In this document: piece after piece, positions 54,944 through 64,000 of the stretch
Numbering within the stretch: position 1 is the first letter of the stretch
How the letters are laid out: each line of letters opens with the position of its first letter
From: Rhizobium sp.
Lineage (GTDB): Bacteria; Pseudomonadota; Alphaproteobacteria; Rhizobiales; Rhizobiaceae
Length of the DNA: 64,000 bases
Assembly: GCA_041675415.1 (NCBI GenBank)
Contig: JBAYTX010000008.1
Span: 2,368-66,367, forward strand
Reading direction: 5' to 3'
Notes under the pieces: generated by a model
The model's input: only the letters and a program-made list of their open reading frames with translations
Told to the model about the DNA's origin: nothing
Databases searched by the model: none
Position numbers and translations under genes: made by a program

Positions 54944-55756
54944 CTAGAGCACGACGATCGGAGCCTTGCCGCCGACGCGGTCGTAGAGGTCGATGACGTC
55001 CTGGTTGAACATCCGCACGCAACCGGACGACGTCGCCTTGCCGACCGACTGCCAGTCCGGCGTGCCGTGCACCCGGTAGAGCGTGTCCTGGCCGTTCTGA
55101 AAAATATAGAGCGCGCGGGCGCCGAGCGGATTGTTGAGGCCGGCTTCGAGACCACCCTCCTCCGCCGAGATGCTGCGCAGGTCTGGCTGGCGCGCCACCA
55201 TGTCGTTGGACGGGGTCCAGTGCGGCCATTTCTGCTTCATCTGGATCGTGCCGCGGCCCGACCACGAAAAGCCGTCGCGGCCGATGCCGACTCCGTAGCG
55301 GATCGCCTTGCCGTCCGCCTGCACGAGATAGAGGTAGCGTGCCTTGGTGTCGACGACGATGGTGCCCGGCTTCTCGGCGGTCTGGTAGCTGATTTCCTGG
55401 CGCAGATAGCGGGAATCGACGCGATCAAGCGGAATGGCCGGAAGCGTGTGGCCGTCGTCGCGAATCACGCCATACATCACCCGGTGCAGCGGATTGGCGA
55501 CCGGCAGGCCGTAGGTCTGGTGGAACTGGGTGCTATAGAGCCGCTGCTGCGGTACCGGCTGGCGGGCGGACGGCTGGACGCGGGCCGGGTCGTAATAGAC
55601 CGGCGCCACCTCATCCTGGAACCGGTCGATATTCATGCGGCTGGTATCGGTTACGAAGAGGCATCCGCTCAATCCCGAAAGCAGAAGCCCCCCGGCGGCC
55701 AGGCCCGCGGCCCGGTTCACAACCCCGATCATCGACGAATATGGCTTTGACAACAT
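54944..55756 (-). CDS. L,D-transpeptidase (YkuD domain) lipoprotein, paralog
   Basis: HGT...SSGCVRM catalytic motif and lipobox LSGC. The YkuD domain is collinear with the neighbouring gene. An alternative ATG lies at 55771. Confidence 0.85.
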   Translation of the reverse strand: MLSKPYSSMIGVVNRAAGLAAGGLLLSGLSGCLFVTDTSRMNIDRFQDEVAPVYYDPARVQPSARQPVPQQRLYSTQFHQTYGLPVANPLHRVMYGVIRDDGHTLPAIPLDRVDSRYLRQEISYQTAEKPGTIVVDTKARYLYLVQADGKAIRYGVGIGRDGFSWSGRGTIQMKQKWPHWTPSNDMVARQPDLRSISAEEGGLEAGLNNPLGARALYIFQNGQDTLYRVHGTPDWQSVGKATSSGCVRMFNQDVIDLYDRVGGKAPIVVL

Positions 55757-55853
55757 CGCACACCGCTTCATGCCCGCTAAACACTCCCGGATTGTTTCAG
55801 GCGCGGCTGGCGCGAAACTGTTGTCGGACGGAAAGCGCGATATTTCCGGCGAT

Positions 55854-57392
55854 CTAGCCGGGCTTTCCGCCCCTCGCCACGGGCAGTCTCACGTTCTTCA
55901 GCAACAACGACGCGACAATGCCGAGCGCGACAATGCCGGCAGCGGTCACAAACATCGGGAAAAAGGCGTCCGCATAGGCGAGCGCAACGACGTGGCGAGC
56001 CTCGTCCGGCAATGCCGCCAGAAGTTTCGGCGTGAGTTCGCGAATATTGTCGATGCCGGGAACGGGTGTCGCCAGAGGCGTCAGACTGGATGTCACGATC
56101 GCCCCATAGATCGAGATGGCGATTGACGCCCCCGCCATGCGCGTCAGCGTCAGTGTTCCGGTGGCGGCCCCGACATCGCGCGCCAGCGCGGCATTCTGCA
56201 CACCGATGACGGGAACCTGCTGGCCAATGCCGATCCCGATCCCGTGAAGCAGCATGACCAGCGCAATCAGCACGATCGGCGCACCCGCCTCCAGCTGGCT
56301 GAAGGTCAGGAGACTGACAAAACCGGTCGCCGTGCTCGCCACGGCAAAGGGTTTGTAGAGCCCCGTTTTCGAGATGAAGCGCCCGGCCACAAGCGATCCG
56401 GCGGCTATGCCCCCCGTGGTGGCGATGAAGAGAAGGCCCGCCATGGAAGGCGACAGGCCGGTGGTGGTCTGCAAAAACAGCGCGATATAGTTGATCGAGC
56501 CGATGCCGATCGCGCCGCTGACGAGCGAGACGACGAGCAGAAGATTGATGGTCGAACTGCCGAAGAGAGACAGCGGCACGACGGGTTCGGGCACGCGCCG
56601 CTCAACCGCGATCCATCCGGCAAGGCAAAGGATGCCGAAGGCGACGATCGACAGGCCCTGCCAGGAGAAAAGCGAGCCGAAAAGCTCGGAACTGTCCGCC
56701 CAGAGCACGACGCTGGCCACGGCTCCAGCCAGCAGCAAGGCGCCGGCATAGTCCACCTTCGGCTTGCGGTGAGGTTTGCGATAGGGCAGAAAGATCATCA
56801 GGCCGGATATGACAAGAATGCCGATCGGCAGGTTGATCAGGAATATCGAGCGCCAGCCGAACCAGTCGCTCATGGCGCCGCCGAGCGCCGGCCCGATCGC
56901 GCCCGAAGCCATCAGCACAAGACTCGAATAGCTCTGGTAGCGGGCCCGCTCGCGCGGCTCGAAAAGGTCGGCGTTGATCGAGAAGATCGAAACCATGATG
57001 CCGCCGCCACCGAGCCCCTGAAGGACACGGGCGGCGATCAGCGTATTCATCGACACGGCGAGCCCGCAGACGAGTGAACCGACCGTGAAAATCGAGACTG
57101 CGGCTATGATCACATATTTGCGGCCGAAGAGATCGCCGAGCTTTCCATAGAGCGGCATCACGGCGCTGGTGGCCAGAAGATAGGCCGAGCCGACCCAGCC
57201 GAAGCGCTCGAGCTGGCCGAACTCGCCGACGATGGTCGGAAGTGCCGTCGAGACGATCTGATTGTCCAGGGTCGCCATGAACATGGCCGTCAGCAGGAAG
57301 CCAAAGACCAGCAACCGCAGGCGATTATCCGCAATGAGCGGCGTCGCGGGTGGCGGGATGACGGCTGGCTGGGGTTGGCTCTGGCTGTCCAT
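55854..57392 (-). CDS. MFS drug:H+ antiporter, DHA2 (EmrB/QacA, 14-TMS) family
   Basis: 512 aa with the N-terminal ATLDNQIVSTALPTI motif and GKLGDLFGRK (motif A). About 14 hydrophobic segments. Confidence 0.85.
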   Translation of the reverse strand: MDSQSQPQPAVIPPPATPLIADNRLRLLVFGFLLTAMFMATLDNQIVSTALPTIVGEFGQLERFGWVGSAYLLATSAVMPLYGKLGDLFGRKYVIIAAVSIFTVGSLVCGLAVSMNTLIAARVLQGLGGGGIMVSIFSINADLFEPRERARYQSYSSLVLMASGAIGPALGGAMSDWFGWRSIFLINLPIGILVISGLMIFLPYRKPHRKPKVDYAGALLLAGAVASVVLWADSSELFGSLFSWQGLSIVAFGILCLAGWIAVERRVPEPVVPLSLFGSSTINLLLVVSLVSGAIGIGSINYIALFLQTTTGLSPSMAGLLFIATTGGIAAGSLVAGRFISKTGLYKPFAVASTATGFVSLLTFSQLEAGAPIVLIALVMLLHGIGIGIGQQVPVIGVQNAALARDVGAATGTLTLTRMAGASIAISIYGAIVTSSLTPLATPVPGIDNIRELTPKLLAALPDEARHVVALAYADAFFPMFVTAAGIVALGIVASLLLKNVRLPVARGGKPG

Positions 57393-57457
57393 GAACATAT
57401 CCTGGCATGAAGGTCTGGATTTATGTGCTTTTAGCATATATTTGTCAATGGCACATA

Positions 57458-57472
57458 CATGCAAAATGCATG
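57458..57472. promoter_or_regulatory. palindrome CATGCA-AAA-TGCATG, candidate MarR operator
   Basis: Lies in the AT-rich divergent region between the MFS pump and its MarR-type neighbour. Confidence 0.3.
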
Positions 57473-57514
57473 AGAGAACTTTGTGCGACCGGGAACTTCT
57501 GCTATAGGGTGGCC

Positions 57515-58063
57515 ATGGAAAATGACGATCGCACCCTGACAGCACCTCCTCGCGGGGCTTCACGAGAAGACGATGTAGCGCTTATCGGGCAGGCGATGAC
57601 GCGCATGCGGCTGATGATCGGCCGGCGCTTCATCGGCAAACTGGCTATTGAACGGCATGGGGCGGGAATGGAACTGTCCCATCTGGACGTGCTGGGCGTA
57701 GTCCGTCAGCTTCAGGACAGAAGCGAGGCGACGATCGGGGCAATCGCCCAGCAGATGCGCATCGATCCCTCGCGCAGCAGCCGGATCGTCGCGGATCTCG
57801 TCAAGCGCGGGGCGCTGAAACGTCAGGTCTCGCAGGAAGATGCGCGGCGAAGCATCGTGGTACTGACGGATATGGGAAGACGCCTGCTGTCACAGGTCAA
57901 GGAGGTCAAGCTGGAGGCCGTATCCGAGGTCCTCGCCGACTGGTCGCCGGAAGATTCGGCAGTATTCGCTCGGTTCTTCGACCAGTTCATCGAGGGGCTC
58001 GAGCGCCGTTATCAGCACTTCGAGACGGAATCGGACCCGATCGGCCACGGGTCCGAGCGCTGA
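57515..58063 (+). CDS. MarR family transcriptional regulator
   Basis: wHTH core (LSHLDVLGVV...ATIGAIAQQMRIDPSRSSRIVADLVKRGALKRQVSQEDARRS.VVLT..G). Internal ATG at 57515. Confidence 0.8.
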   Translation: MENDDRTLTAPPRGASREDDVALIGQAMTRMRLMIGRRFIGKLAIERHGAGMELSHLDVLGVVRQLQDRSEATIGAIAQQMRIDPSRSSRIVADLVKRGALKRQVSQEDARRSIVVLTDMGRRLLSQVKEVKLEAVSEVLADWSPEDSAVFARFFDQFIEGLERRYQHFETESDPIGHGSER

Positions 58064-58189
58064 CAGGACAAGAAAATCGCCTCCGGCCAGCCATTCGACA
58101 TCGGTCGAGGCCGGCCGGAGCGGGCGCACGTGTAGCCGTCAGAATGTCGACAAGCCCACCGCGCCGTCCCCCATATTGGCCGGAAGGCT

Positions 58190-58393
58190 TTATCTGGCAA
58201 GCGGCGGCTTCATCGCCGTATAGATCTTCTTTCCAAGAATGATCGCAATCGGCAGGGCAAGGACGCAGCCGACTGCGAAGGCTCCCGCGATCTGCCAAGC
58301 ATCCATCATACCCATGGAAAGTACTGCCGTCACCGCCGCGCCGCCCAAGGCCGTTGCGACAAGAATATAAAGAACCGCAGCAAGACGAAACAT
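58190..58393 (-). CDS. small membrane protein, hypothetical
   Basis: 67 aa with two hydrophobic helices. ATG with GGAGGG SD. Confidence 0.4.
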   Translation of the reverse strand: MFRLAAVLYILVATALGGAAVTAVLSMGMMDAWQIAGAFAVGCVLALPIAIILGKKIYTAMKPPLAR

Positions 58394-58571
58394 TCGACCC
58401 TCCGTCGTTGATTACGGCATTGAGACTATAGACCAAATGGGCGCCGGCATTGATCTGGAACAAATGCTTCCATGTAAACAGGGGCGAGGAAAGCCTCGCG
58501 GCTCTTGTGGACCCCGGCGCTGTTCGCGCATGATCGCGCCTGAATGCTGGGGATGAGAACGGGAACAGGCC

Positions 58572-59945
58572 ATGCTGAAACGACGCGGTTTTCTTTCGGG
58601 GCTCGCGGGTCCGGGCCTCCTGCTCGCCATCTCGCCACGCCCGCTTTTCGCCGCCTCTGCGACAAATCCGCCGGCTGAACTGCGCGGATCCATCGATGCA
58701 GCCGAGGCCGGCGTCGTTCCGGGCGCTGCCGACAACCAGAGCCGACGGATGCAGGCGCTGATCGACGAGGCGGCGCGGCGCGGGCTCGAGGTCTTCCTGC
58801 CGTCCGGCAATTACAACGTCTCCAACCTCAACCTGCCGGACGGGACCCGGCTCACCGGCGTTCCCGGCGCAACCCGCCTCTCCTATGGCGGCGACGGCCA
58901 CCTGATCTCCGCCAATGACGCTGCACACATCGAAATCTCCAATATCGCCCTCGACGGCGCAAACCGCTGGCTTGGCGACTATACGCAGGCGCTCGTTTCC
59001 TTCCGCGGGGTCGGCGAAGTCAGGATCGATAATTGCGAGATCGCGGGCAGCCGCAAGCACGGCCTGCAGCTGGAGCGCAGCGGCGGCAGGATCGAGCGCA
59101 GCCATATCACAGGTGCTGCCCAAGCCGGGATCATGTCGCACGAGGGCGTGGCGCTCATGATCACCGGCAACCAAATCTCCGACTGCGGCAACGGCGGCAT
59201 TCTGGTGCATCGCTGGACCAAGGGCGAGGATGCCACCATGATCTCCGGCAACCGCATCGCCCGCATTTCCGCCAAGGAAGGCGGTACCGGCCAGTACGGC
59301 AACGGCATCAACCTCTTTCGCGCCGACAATGCGATTATCGCTGGCAATCACATTTCCGATTGCGCGTTTTCGGCAATCCGCGCCAATTCCGCCTCCAATG
59401 TCCAGATCACCGGCAACCAGTGCCTGCGCTCCGGCGAAACCGCGGTCTATGCCGAATTCGCCTTCGAGGGCGCGCTGGTCGCCAACAATCTCGTCGACGG
59501 CGCGGCAAACGGCATCCTGATCGTCAATTTCGCCGAGGGCGGCCGGCTTTCGACCGTCACCGGCAACATCGTGCGCAACCTGTCGCTGACCGGTCCCTAC
59601 GTGCATGACGGCGCGGGCTTCGGCTTCGGGATCGCCGCCGAGGCCGATACGGTCATTTCCGGCAACGTGATCGAGAACGCCCCGAAATGGGGCCTCATGC
59701 TCGGCTGGGGGCCGTATCTGCGCAATGTCACGGCGAGCAGCAACGTCATCCGGCAGTCGCCGGTCGGGATCGCGGTCACCGTCGTGGAAAATGCCGGTCA
59801 GGCGCTCATTTCCGGCAATCTCATCGACGGCGCCATGGACGGCGCAATCGTCGGCTTCCGCTGGAACGACAAGGCGACCGGCGATCTCATCGGCGGCAAT
59901 GACGGCCACCGGCATCTGACGATCGAGGGCAACCGGGCAGGCTGA
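58572..59945 (+). CDS. Tat-signal right-handed beta-helix repeat protein (pectin-lyase fold, TIGR03808-like)
   Basis: Twin-arginine leader MLKRRGFLSGLAG...AAS, followed by repeated (I.GN.I.....GI) parallel beta-helix units. Confidence 0.75.
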   Translation: MLKRRGFLSGLAGPGLLLAISPRPLFAASATNPPAELRGSIDAAEAGVVPGAADNQSRRMQALIDEAARRGLEVFLPSGNYNVSNLNLPDGTRLTGVPGATRLSYGGDGHLISANDAAHIEISNIALDGANRWLGDYTQALVSFRGVGEVRIDNCEIAGSRKHGLQLERSGGRIERSHITGAAQAGIMSHEGVALMITGNQISDCGNGGILVHRWTKGEDATMISGNRIARISAKEGGTGQYGNGINLFRADNAIIAGNHISDCAFSAIRANSASNVQITGNQCLRSGETAVYAEFAFEGALVANNLVDGAANGILIVNFAEGGRLSTVTGNIVRNLSLTGPYVHDGAGFGFGIAAEADTVISGNVIENAPKWGLMLGWGPYLRNVTASSNVIRQSPVGIAVTVVENAGQALISGNLIDGAMDGAIVGFRWNDKATGDLIGGNDGHRHLTIEGNRAG

Positions 59946-59992
59946 GGGCCGGCCCGCCTCCCCTCGGCCTTTCGCGGCCACGGTGCCTCCGG

Positions 59993-60550
59993 TCAGGCCT
60001 GGCTTGCGATTGGGGGCGCGGAGTGGCTGCCCCGGATCAGCGCCAGCGCATCGGGCGGCGGCCGGCGCTCGATCCGGCGGTAGAGGCGGCAATCGGGCGT
60101 GCGAAACAACAGTCCCTGATTGAACAACTCGCGCCTGAGAAGCACATGGTCGCCGAAGCGGTGATATCTCTTCAGCAGATCGTTGACCTGCGGTTCGCTG
60201 AGATCGCAATCGGACGGGAACAGGGACCAGAGCTTCCAGAGACAAAGCTGCTGCTGGCTCGTCCTTGCCGGCCAACGAACAAGGACGCCCTGGGCATCGA
60301 AACAGCGCAAAGCGGCCTCGACGCGGCGGTAGTCCACGATTTCCGGCTGTGGATGTGTGTGCGCCATCCGCTCACGGGCCGTGTCGGAAGCTTTCATATG
60401 CTGGTAATTGCGGTATCCGGCAGCCTTCGCCAGTATGTTGAGCAGTTCGACATGGCCGGGCTTGTCCGCACGGCCGTCGAGCTCACGTTTGAGCATACGC
60501 GCCAGCGCCGACATGTCCGGCGCCTGATAGGGATGCAATGTTCTCGACAT
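59993..60550 (-). CDS. DUF2087 domain protein
   Basis: The C-terminal E..VN..L.......DHVLLRRELF..GLL.R pattern is characteristic of DUF2087. 185 aa. Confidence 0.65.
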   Translation of the reverse strand: MSRTLHPYQAPDMSALARMLKRELDGRADKPGHVELLNILAKAAGYRNYQHMKASDTARERMAHTHPQPEIVDYRRVEAALRCFDAQGVLVRWPARTSQQQLCLWKLWSLFPSDCDLSEPQVNDLLKRYHRFGDHVLLRRELFNQGLLFRTPDCRLYRRIERRPPPDALALIRGSHSAPPIASQA

Positions 60551-60860
60551 CGTCTTTTCCTCGATATCGTGCCGTCAGAAACTGAAATTGCCGGAGGCCA
60601 CCGTCTTTCCGACACGGCACGGGAAAAGTGTCGGTCGTCAAACCAAATCTTGCAGGTTTAGCTCTCCTCTTCAGAGCGGTGACGCCTGGGTGAACTGCGG
60701 ACCCTGACGCCTGAGATACGATCCCGGGCAGACACTGTCAACATTTGGCGCGGGCTGCCCGTGTCAGGAATTTGTGAGCGCATCACCGGGACACGGCTTC
60801 AAACTCCGCCGCTTTGCGGTTAGCTTCGCCGGCAGCCAATCGAAGAGGAGAACGGACAAC

Positions 60861-61511
60861 ATGCTGAAAATCTACGGCGTCTACAAATCGAGAGCCACCC
60901 GGCCGCTCTGGCTTGCCGGCGAACTCGGCCTCGCCTTCGAGCACGTACCCGTTCTCCAGGCCCGCAAGTTCGACGACCCGCTTGCCGCAGACGCGCAGAT
61001 CAACACCCGCACGCCGGCCTTTCTCGAGCTCTGCCCGATGGGCGTCATCCCGGCAATCGAGGACGACGGGCTGGTGCTCTTCGAAAGCATGGCGATCAAC
61101 CTCTACCTCGCCAAGAAACATGGCGGAACGCTCGCACCGAAGGATCTCGCCGAAGACGCGCTGATGACGCAGTGGTCGTTTTTCGGCGCCACCGAGATTG
61201 AAACGAATGCGCTGAAGATCTCGACGGCCGCCGCCGAAGGCCGGCTCGAAAGCAGCAAGGACGAGGTGGAGGCGGCAGCACGGCTCCTCAAACGGCCCTT
61301 CGCCGTGCTCGAACGGCATTTTGCCGGCAACGACTATCTGGTCGGCGGTCGCTTCACCGTCGCCGACATCAACCTCGCCGAGATCGTGCGCTATGCGCAG
61401 GCGCACACGCCGCTCTTCGACGCACATCCGAAGCTCAAAGCCTGGCTCGCGCGCTGCCAGTCGCGCCCGGCCTTCAAGGCGATGTGGGAAAAGCGGCTCG
61501 CCGAAGTCTAA
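60861..61511 (+). CDS. glutathione S-transferase
   Basis: Thioredoxin-like N-terminal region (MLKIYG...SRATRPLW...; [22 protein letters not shown]) and a helical C-terminal domain. GAGGAG SD. Confidence 0.85.
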   Translation: MLKIYGVYKSRATRPLWLAGELGLAFEHVPVLQARKFDDPLAADAQINTRTPAFLELCPMGVIPAIEDDGLVLFESMAINLYLAKKHGGTLAPKDLAEDALMTQWSFFGATEIETNALKISTAAAEGRLESSKDEVEAAARLLKRPFAVLERHFAGNDYLVGGRFTVADINLAEIVRYAQAHTPLFDAHPKLKAWLARCQSRPAFKAMWEKRLAEV

Positions 61512-61593
61512 TCTGCACGACAGGGGCCTGCCGGCTTGCAAGCCGACGGGATCGCGCTAGGCTGGGGCCGCGACAAAATACCGAGGAGAATTC

Positions 61594-62013
61594 ATGCGTC
61601 CATTTCATCTCGCCTTCCCCATCACCGACATCGAGGCCACCCGGCACTTTTACGGCACCGTTCTCGGTTGCCGCATTGGCCGCGAAAGCCCTGGAAAATG
61701 GATCGACTTCGATCTCTTCGGTCATCAGATGTCAGCGCATCTGAGGCAGGAAATGCCGAAGGACACAGCCAGCGGCTCGGTGGACGGCGACACGGTGCCT
61801 ATCCCGCATTTCGGCGTGATCCTTGGCATGGACGACTTCCTGGCGCTGGCGAAAAGGCTTGAGGACGACCCGGACACACGCTGGGGCCTGAAGCCGAAAC
61901 TTCGCTTCGAGGGCCTGTCGGGCGAGCAGCGCACCATGTTCATCTTCGATCCCTCCGGCAATGCGCTGGAGTTCAAGGCGTTTGCCGACGATTCGGCGAT
62001 CTTCGCCGTCTGA
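61594..62013 (+). CDS. VOC family (glyoxalase-like) protein
   Basis: The HLAFPITDIEATRHFYGTVLGC start is typical of VOC metal-binding modules. 139 aa, GAGGAG SD. Confidence 0.75.
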   Translation: MRPFHLAFPITDIEATRHFYGTVLGCRIGRESPGKWIDFDLFGHQMSAHLRQEMPKDTASGSVDGDTVPIPHFGVILGMDDFLALAKRLEDDPDTRWGLKPKLRFEGLSGEQRTMFIFDPSGNALEFKAFADDSAIFAV

Positions 62014-62062
62014 CGGCGGGCGATCCTGCTGTAAATCAGACAAACATTGTCACCAGCGTCCG

Positions 62063-62097
62063 AGTCTGCCCATCCCCGCCATGGGGATGGGCAGACT
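62063..62097. terminator. strong hairpin between convergent genes
   Basis: Perfect 15-bp stem AGTCTGCCCATCCCC / GGGGATGGGCAGACT with a 5-nt loop. There is no U-tract, so factor-independent termination is not certain. Confidence 0.45.
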
Positions 62098-62108
62098 GGC
62101 CGGTCGCG

Positions 62109-62465
62109 TCAGGCGCATCCCGGCACGTCCTCGAGGCGATACCAGACAGGAATGCCGCGCTCGCGAGCGATCCTCACATCGTTATCGGCACCCTTCGAGT
62201 CGCCGGGTAGGCGCAAGACGCCCTCGCATAGCTGCAGGAGCCGTCCGGCGACGGGATGAAAAATTTCCTCGTAGAGATCGTCGCCCACCGTTCTTCCGCC
62301 GGCCGCTCGCCAGACCGGCAAGGCGACCCACTCACCGATCATCGGGACGTGCCCGGCCCTGAACAGAGCGTGGGACGGCGCCTCCAGGCGTTTCAGGTTT
62401 TCCGCCATTTTCGCCGGATCGTCCCCCGTGCCGGAACGATAAGGCCCCGCAATCAATATCAACAT
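62109..62465 (-). CDS. DUF4406 / nucleoside 2-deoxyribosyltransferase-like protein
   Basis: MLILIAGPYRSGT start and a C-terminal GDSKGADNDVRIARERGIPV pattern. 118 aa from the internal ATG after GAAGGAGGA. The family call is tentative. Confidence 0.5.
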   Translation of the reverse strand: MLILIAGPYRSGTGDDPAKMAENLKRLEAPSHALFRAGHVPMIGEWVALPVWRAAGGRTVGDDLYEEIFHPVAGRLLQLCEGVLRLPGDSKGADNDVRIARERGIPVWYRLEDVPGCA

Positions 62466-62586
62466 GCATCCTCCTTCAACTTCCCACTTCATGCGGGAAT
62501 TTGCACGATAATGCGTATTTATTCTTGTTTGTCGAGAGTATTTGCTGCTATTGAACGGATACCGTCATTTTCGTGCAGGTTCACGC

Positions 62587-63345
62587 ATGCTCACAGGTCA
62601 ACGCAAGGCCCATATTCTTTCCACGCTACGCCAACACGGCCAGGCCATTGCAAGGGACATGGCCGAGGAGATGCATGTGTCGGAAGATACGATCCGGCGC
62701 GATATGCGGGACTTGGCCGCCGCCGGGCTTTTGAAGCGCGTGCATGGCGGCGCGCTGCCGATATCGCCGGACCTGCCGGATTTCACGACCCGGCGCGACC
62801 TATCCTCCGAGGTCAAGGCGGCGCTCGGCGCGCGCGCGGCAAGCCTCGTCAAGCCGGGTCAGATGGTCTTTCTCGACGGCGGCACCACCACGGCGGAGAT
62901 TGCACAGCATCTGCCGAAGGACGTGCCTCTCACGATTGTCACTCACAGCCCGACGATCGCGTCCGAATTCGAGCATCACCGACAAGTGGAGGTGATCTTG
63001 ATCGGCGGACGGATCTACAAGCATTCCATGGTGGCGGTCGGCGCGGCGGCGATGAAGGCGATCGACGATCTGCGGCCGGATATCTTCTTCCTCGGCGTAA
63101 CGGCGGTTCACCCCGCGCACGGGCTTTCGACCGGAGATTTCGAGGAGGCCGCGATCAAGCGCCATATCGCGGCGGCCAGTGCGGAAACCTATGTGCCTGT
63201 GACGGCGGAAAAGCTCGACAGCGTATCGCCTTGCCGGATCATGGCGCTCGACGGCATTGCCGGGTTGATCGTTCCCGGCGGAGTGACCGCAGAAAGCCTC
63301 GCGCCCTATCGCGAGGCGGGCGTCATGATCGTGGAGGCTGGCTAG
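62587..63345 (+). CDS. DeoR family transcriptional regulator
   Basis: N-terminal DeoR HTH (RKAHILSTLRQHGQAIARDMAEEMHVSEDTIRRDMRDL) and a C-terminal DeoRC sugar-phosphate sensor domain. Confidence 0.85.
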   Translation: MLTGQRKAHILSTLRQHGQAIARDMAEEMHVSEDTIRRDMRDLAAAGLLKRVHGGALPISPDLPDFTTRRDLSSEVKAALGARAASLVKPGQMVFLDGGTTTAEIAQHLPKDVPLTIVTHSPTIASEFEHHRQVEVILIGGRIYKHSMVAVGAAAMKAIDDLRPDIFFLGVTAVHPAHGLSTGDFEEAAIKRHIAAASAETYVPVTAEKLDSVSPCRIMALDGIAGLIVPGGVTAESLAPYREAGVMIVEAG

Positions 63346-63375
63346 CTCCTGTCCCCCTTGGGGAGAAGAAAGAAG

Positions 63376-64000
63376 TCAGGCGAAAAGCGCGTCGGTGACG
63401 CGGATGTCGCCGACATGCGTTCCGTTCCAGTTGAACATGGAGTGGTTCGCCATGGCGACCAGGGCCGATTGTTCCGCGCTGTCATTCTCGAAATGCTTCG
63501 CCAGCAGCGCCGCGATCATCGCCTCGGCGGCGCGCGTGGTGCCGTCCTCGCATTTGACCGCGATCGAGATACCCTTTTCCGGCAATACGGCGCAGAAGAC
63601 ACCCTCCGCACCGGTCTTGGCGAAGATCTTGCCTGGCGCCACTTCCATCAGCTTCGTGCAGAAGCGCTTGGTGCCCGCGACATAGAAGGGTTCGGCCATG
63701 CAGGCCTCCATCAGCCGACGGGACGCCTTGGCGCGGACAGGCTCCAGCCCGTTGCCGGTCGCCATCTTGCCGAAACCACGGGCGAGCGCCACGAGCGGCA
63801 CGGCATAGGTCGGGATCGAGCAGCCGTCGGTGCCGCAATTGTCATGGCCGAGCGCCGCACCGGTGAGGTTTTCCATGACGGAGCGGATTTCGGCCTGAAG
63901 CGGATGGTCGTATCCGACATAGCCCTTCGGGTCGTGGCCCATATGGCAGCAGGCGCAGATGAAGCCCGAATGCTTGCCCGAGCAGTTGTTGTGAAGTGCG
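63376..64000 (-). CDS. asparaginase II family protein (Rhizobium AnsA-type), 5' end beyond the window
   Basis: The frame stays open to base 64000 and there reads ...HNNCSGKHSGFICACCHMGH, the family signature. The rest is collinear with the asparaginase II family. Confidence 0.8.
   Translation of the reverse strand, partial: ALHNNCSGKHSGFICACCHMGHDPKGYVGYDHPLQAEIRSVMENLTGAALGHDNCGTDGCSIPTYAVPLVALARGFGKMATGNGLEPVRAKASRRLMEACMAEPFYVAGTKRFCTKLMEVAPGKIFAKTGAEGVFCAVLPEKGISIAVKCEDGTTRAAEAMIAALLAKHFENDSAEQSALVAMANHSMFNWNGTHVGDIRVTDALFA

Noticed and set aside
57987-60275. 762-aa minus-strand ORF spanning the MarR 3' end, a small membrane gene, the beta-helix gene and the DUF2087 gene.
   Set aside because: It crosses several independently supported genes on both strands, and its translation is Ala/Gly/Arg/Asp low complexity. 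It is a GC-driven open frame.

Overview
High-GC window (over 60% G+C by eye) with the gene content and intergenic hairpin repeats of a Rhizobiaceae-like alphaproteobacterial chromosome or chromid; the organism call is inference. I support about 70 protein genes. I saw no rRNA, tRNA, CRISPR array, transposase or integrase. Most of the window is ordinary metabolic, transport and regulatory cargo: ptrB, GSTs, a MerR/CDF metal pair, c-type cytochromes, an MCP, an ABC-F ATPase, sodB, ilvE, xylF/xylH with a ROK regulator, tam, mntH/mntR, an orphan groEL, ohr/ohrR, several SDRs, MFS pumps with MarR regulators, two L,D-transpeptidases and asparaginase II. Many long ORFs in the supplied track are antisense or alternate-frame shadows of real genes, and I rejected them. 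The standout is a roughly 2.2-kb sharply AT-rich islet at about 36.9-39.1 kb. It carries a translationally coupled two-gene operon: a 469-aa P-loop (Walker A/B) NTPase followed by a 203-aa three-helix membrane protein. I cannot place this pair in any named system, and I flag it as a candidate novel anti-phage or abortive-infection module. Other items worth a look: a FecR-like protein with a long Gly/Asn tract coupled to a CHASE2-PAS-GGDEF(degenerate)-EAL sensor, a 316-bp MITE-like element between two small paralogous genes, a RES-Xre toxin-antitoxin pair, an orphan divergent GroEL, and several perfect palindromic operator candidates. All family assignments come from motif and sequence recognition by eye and memory. 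No database search was run.
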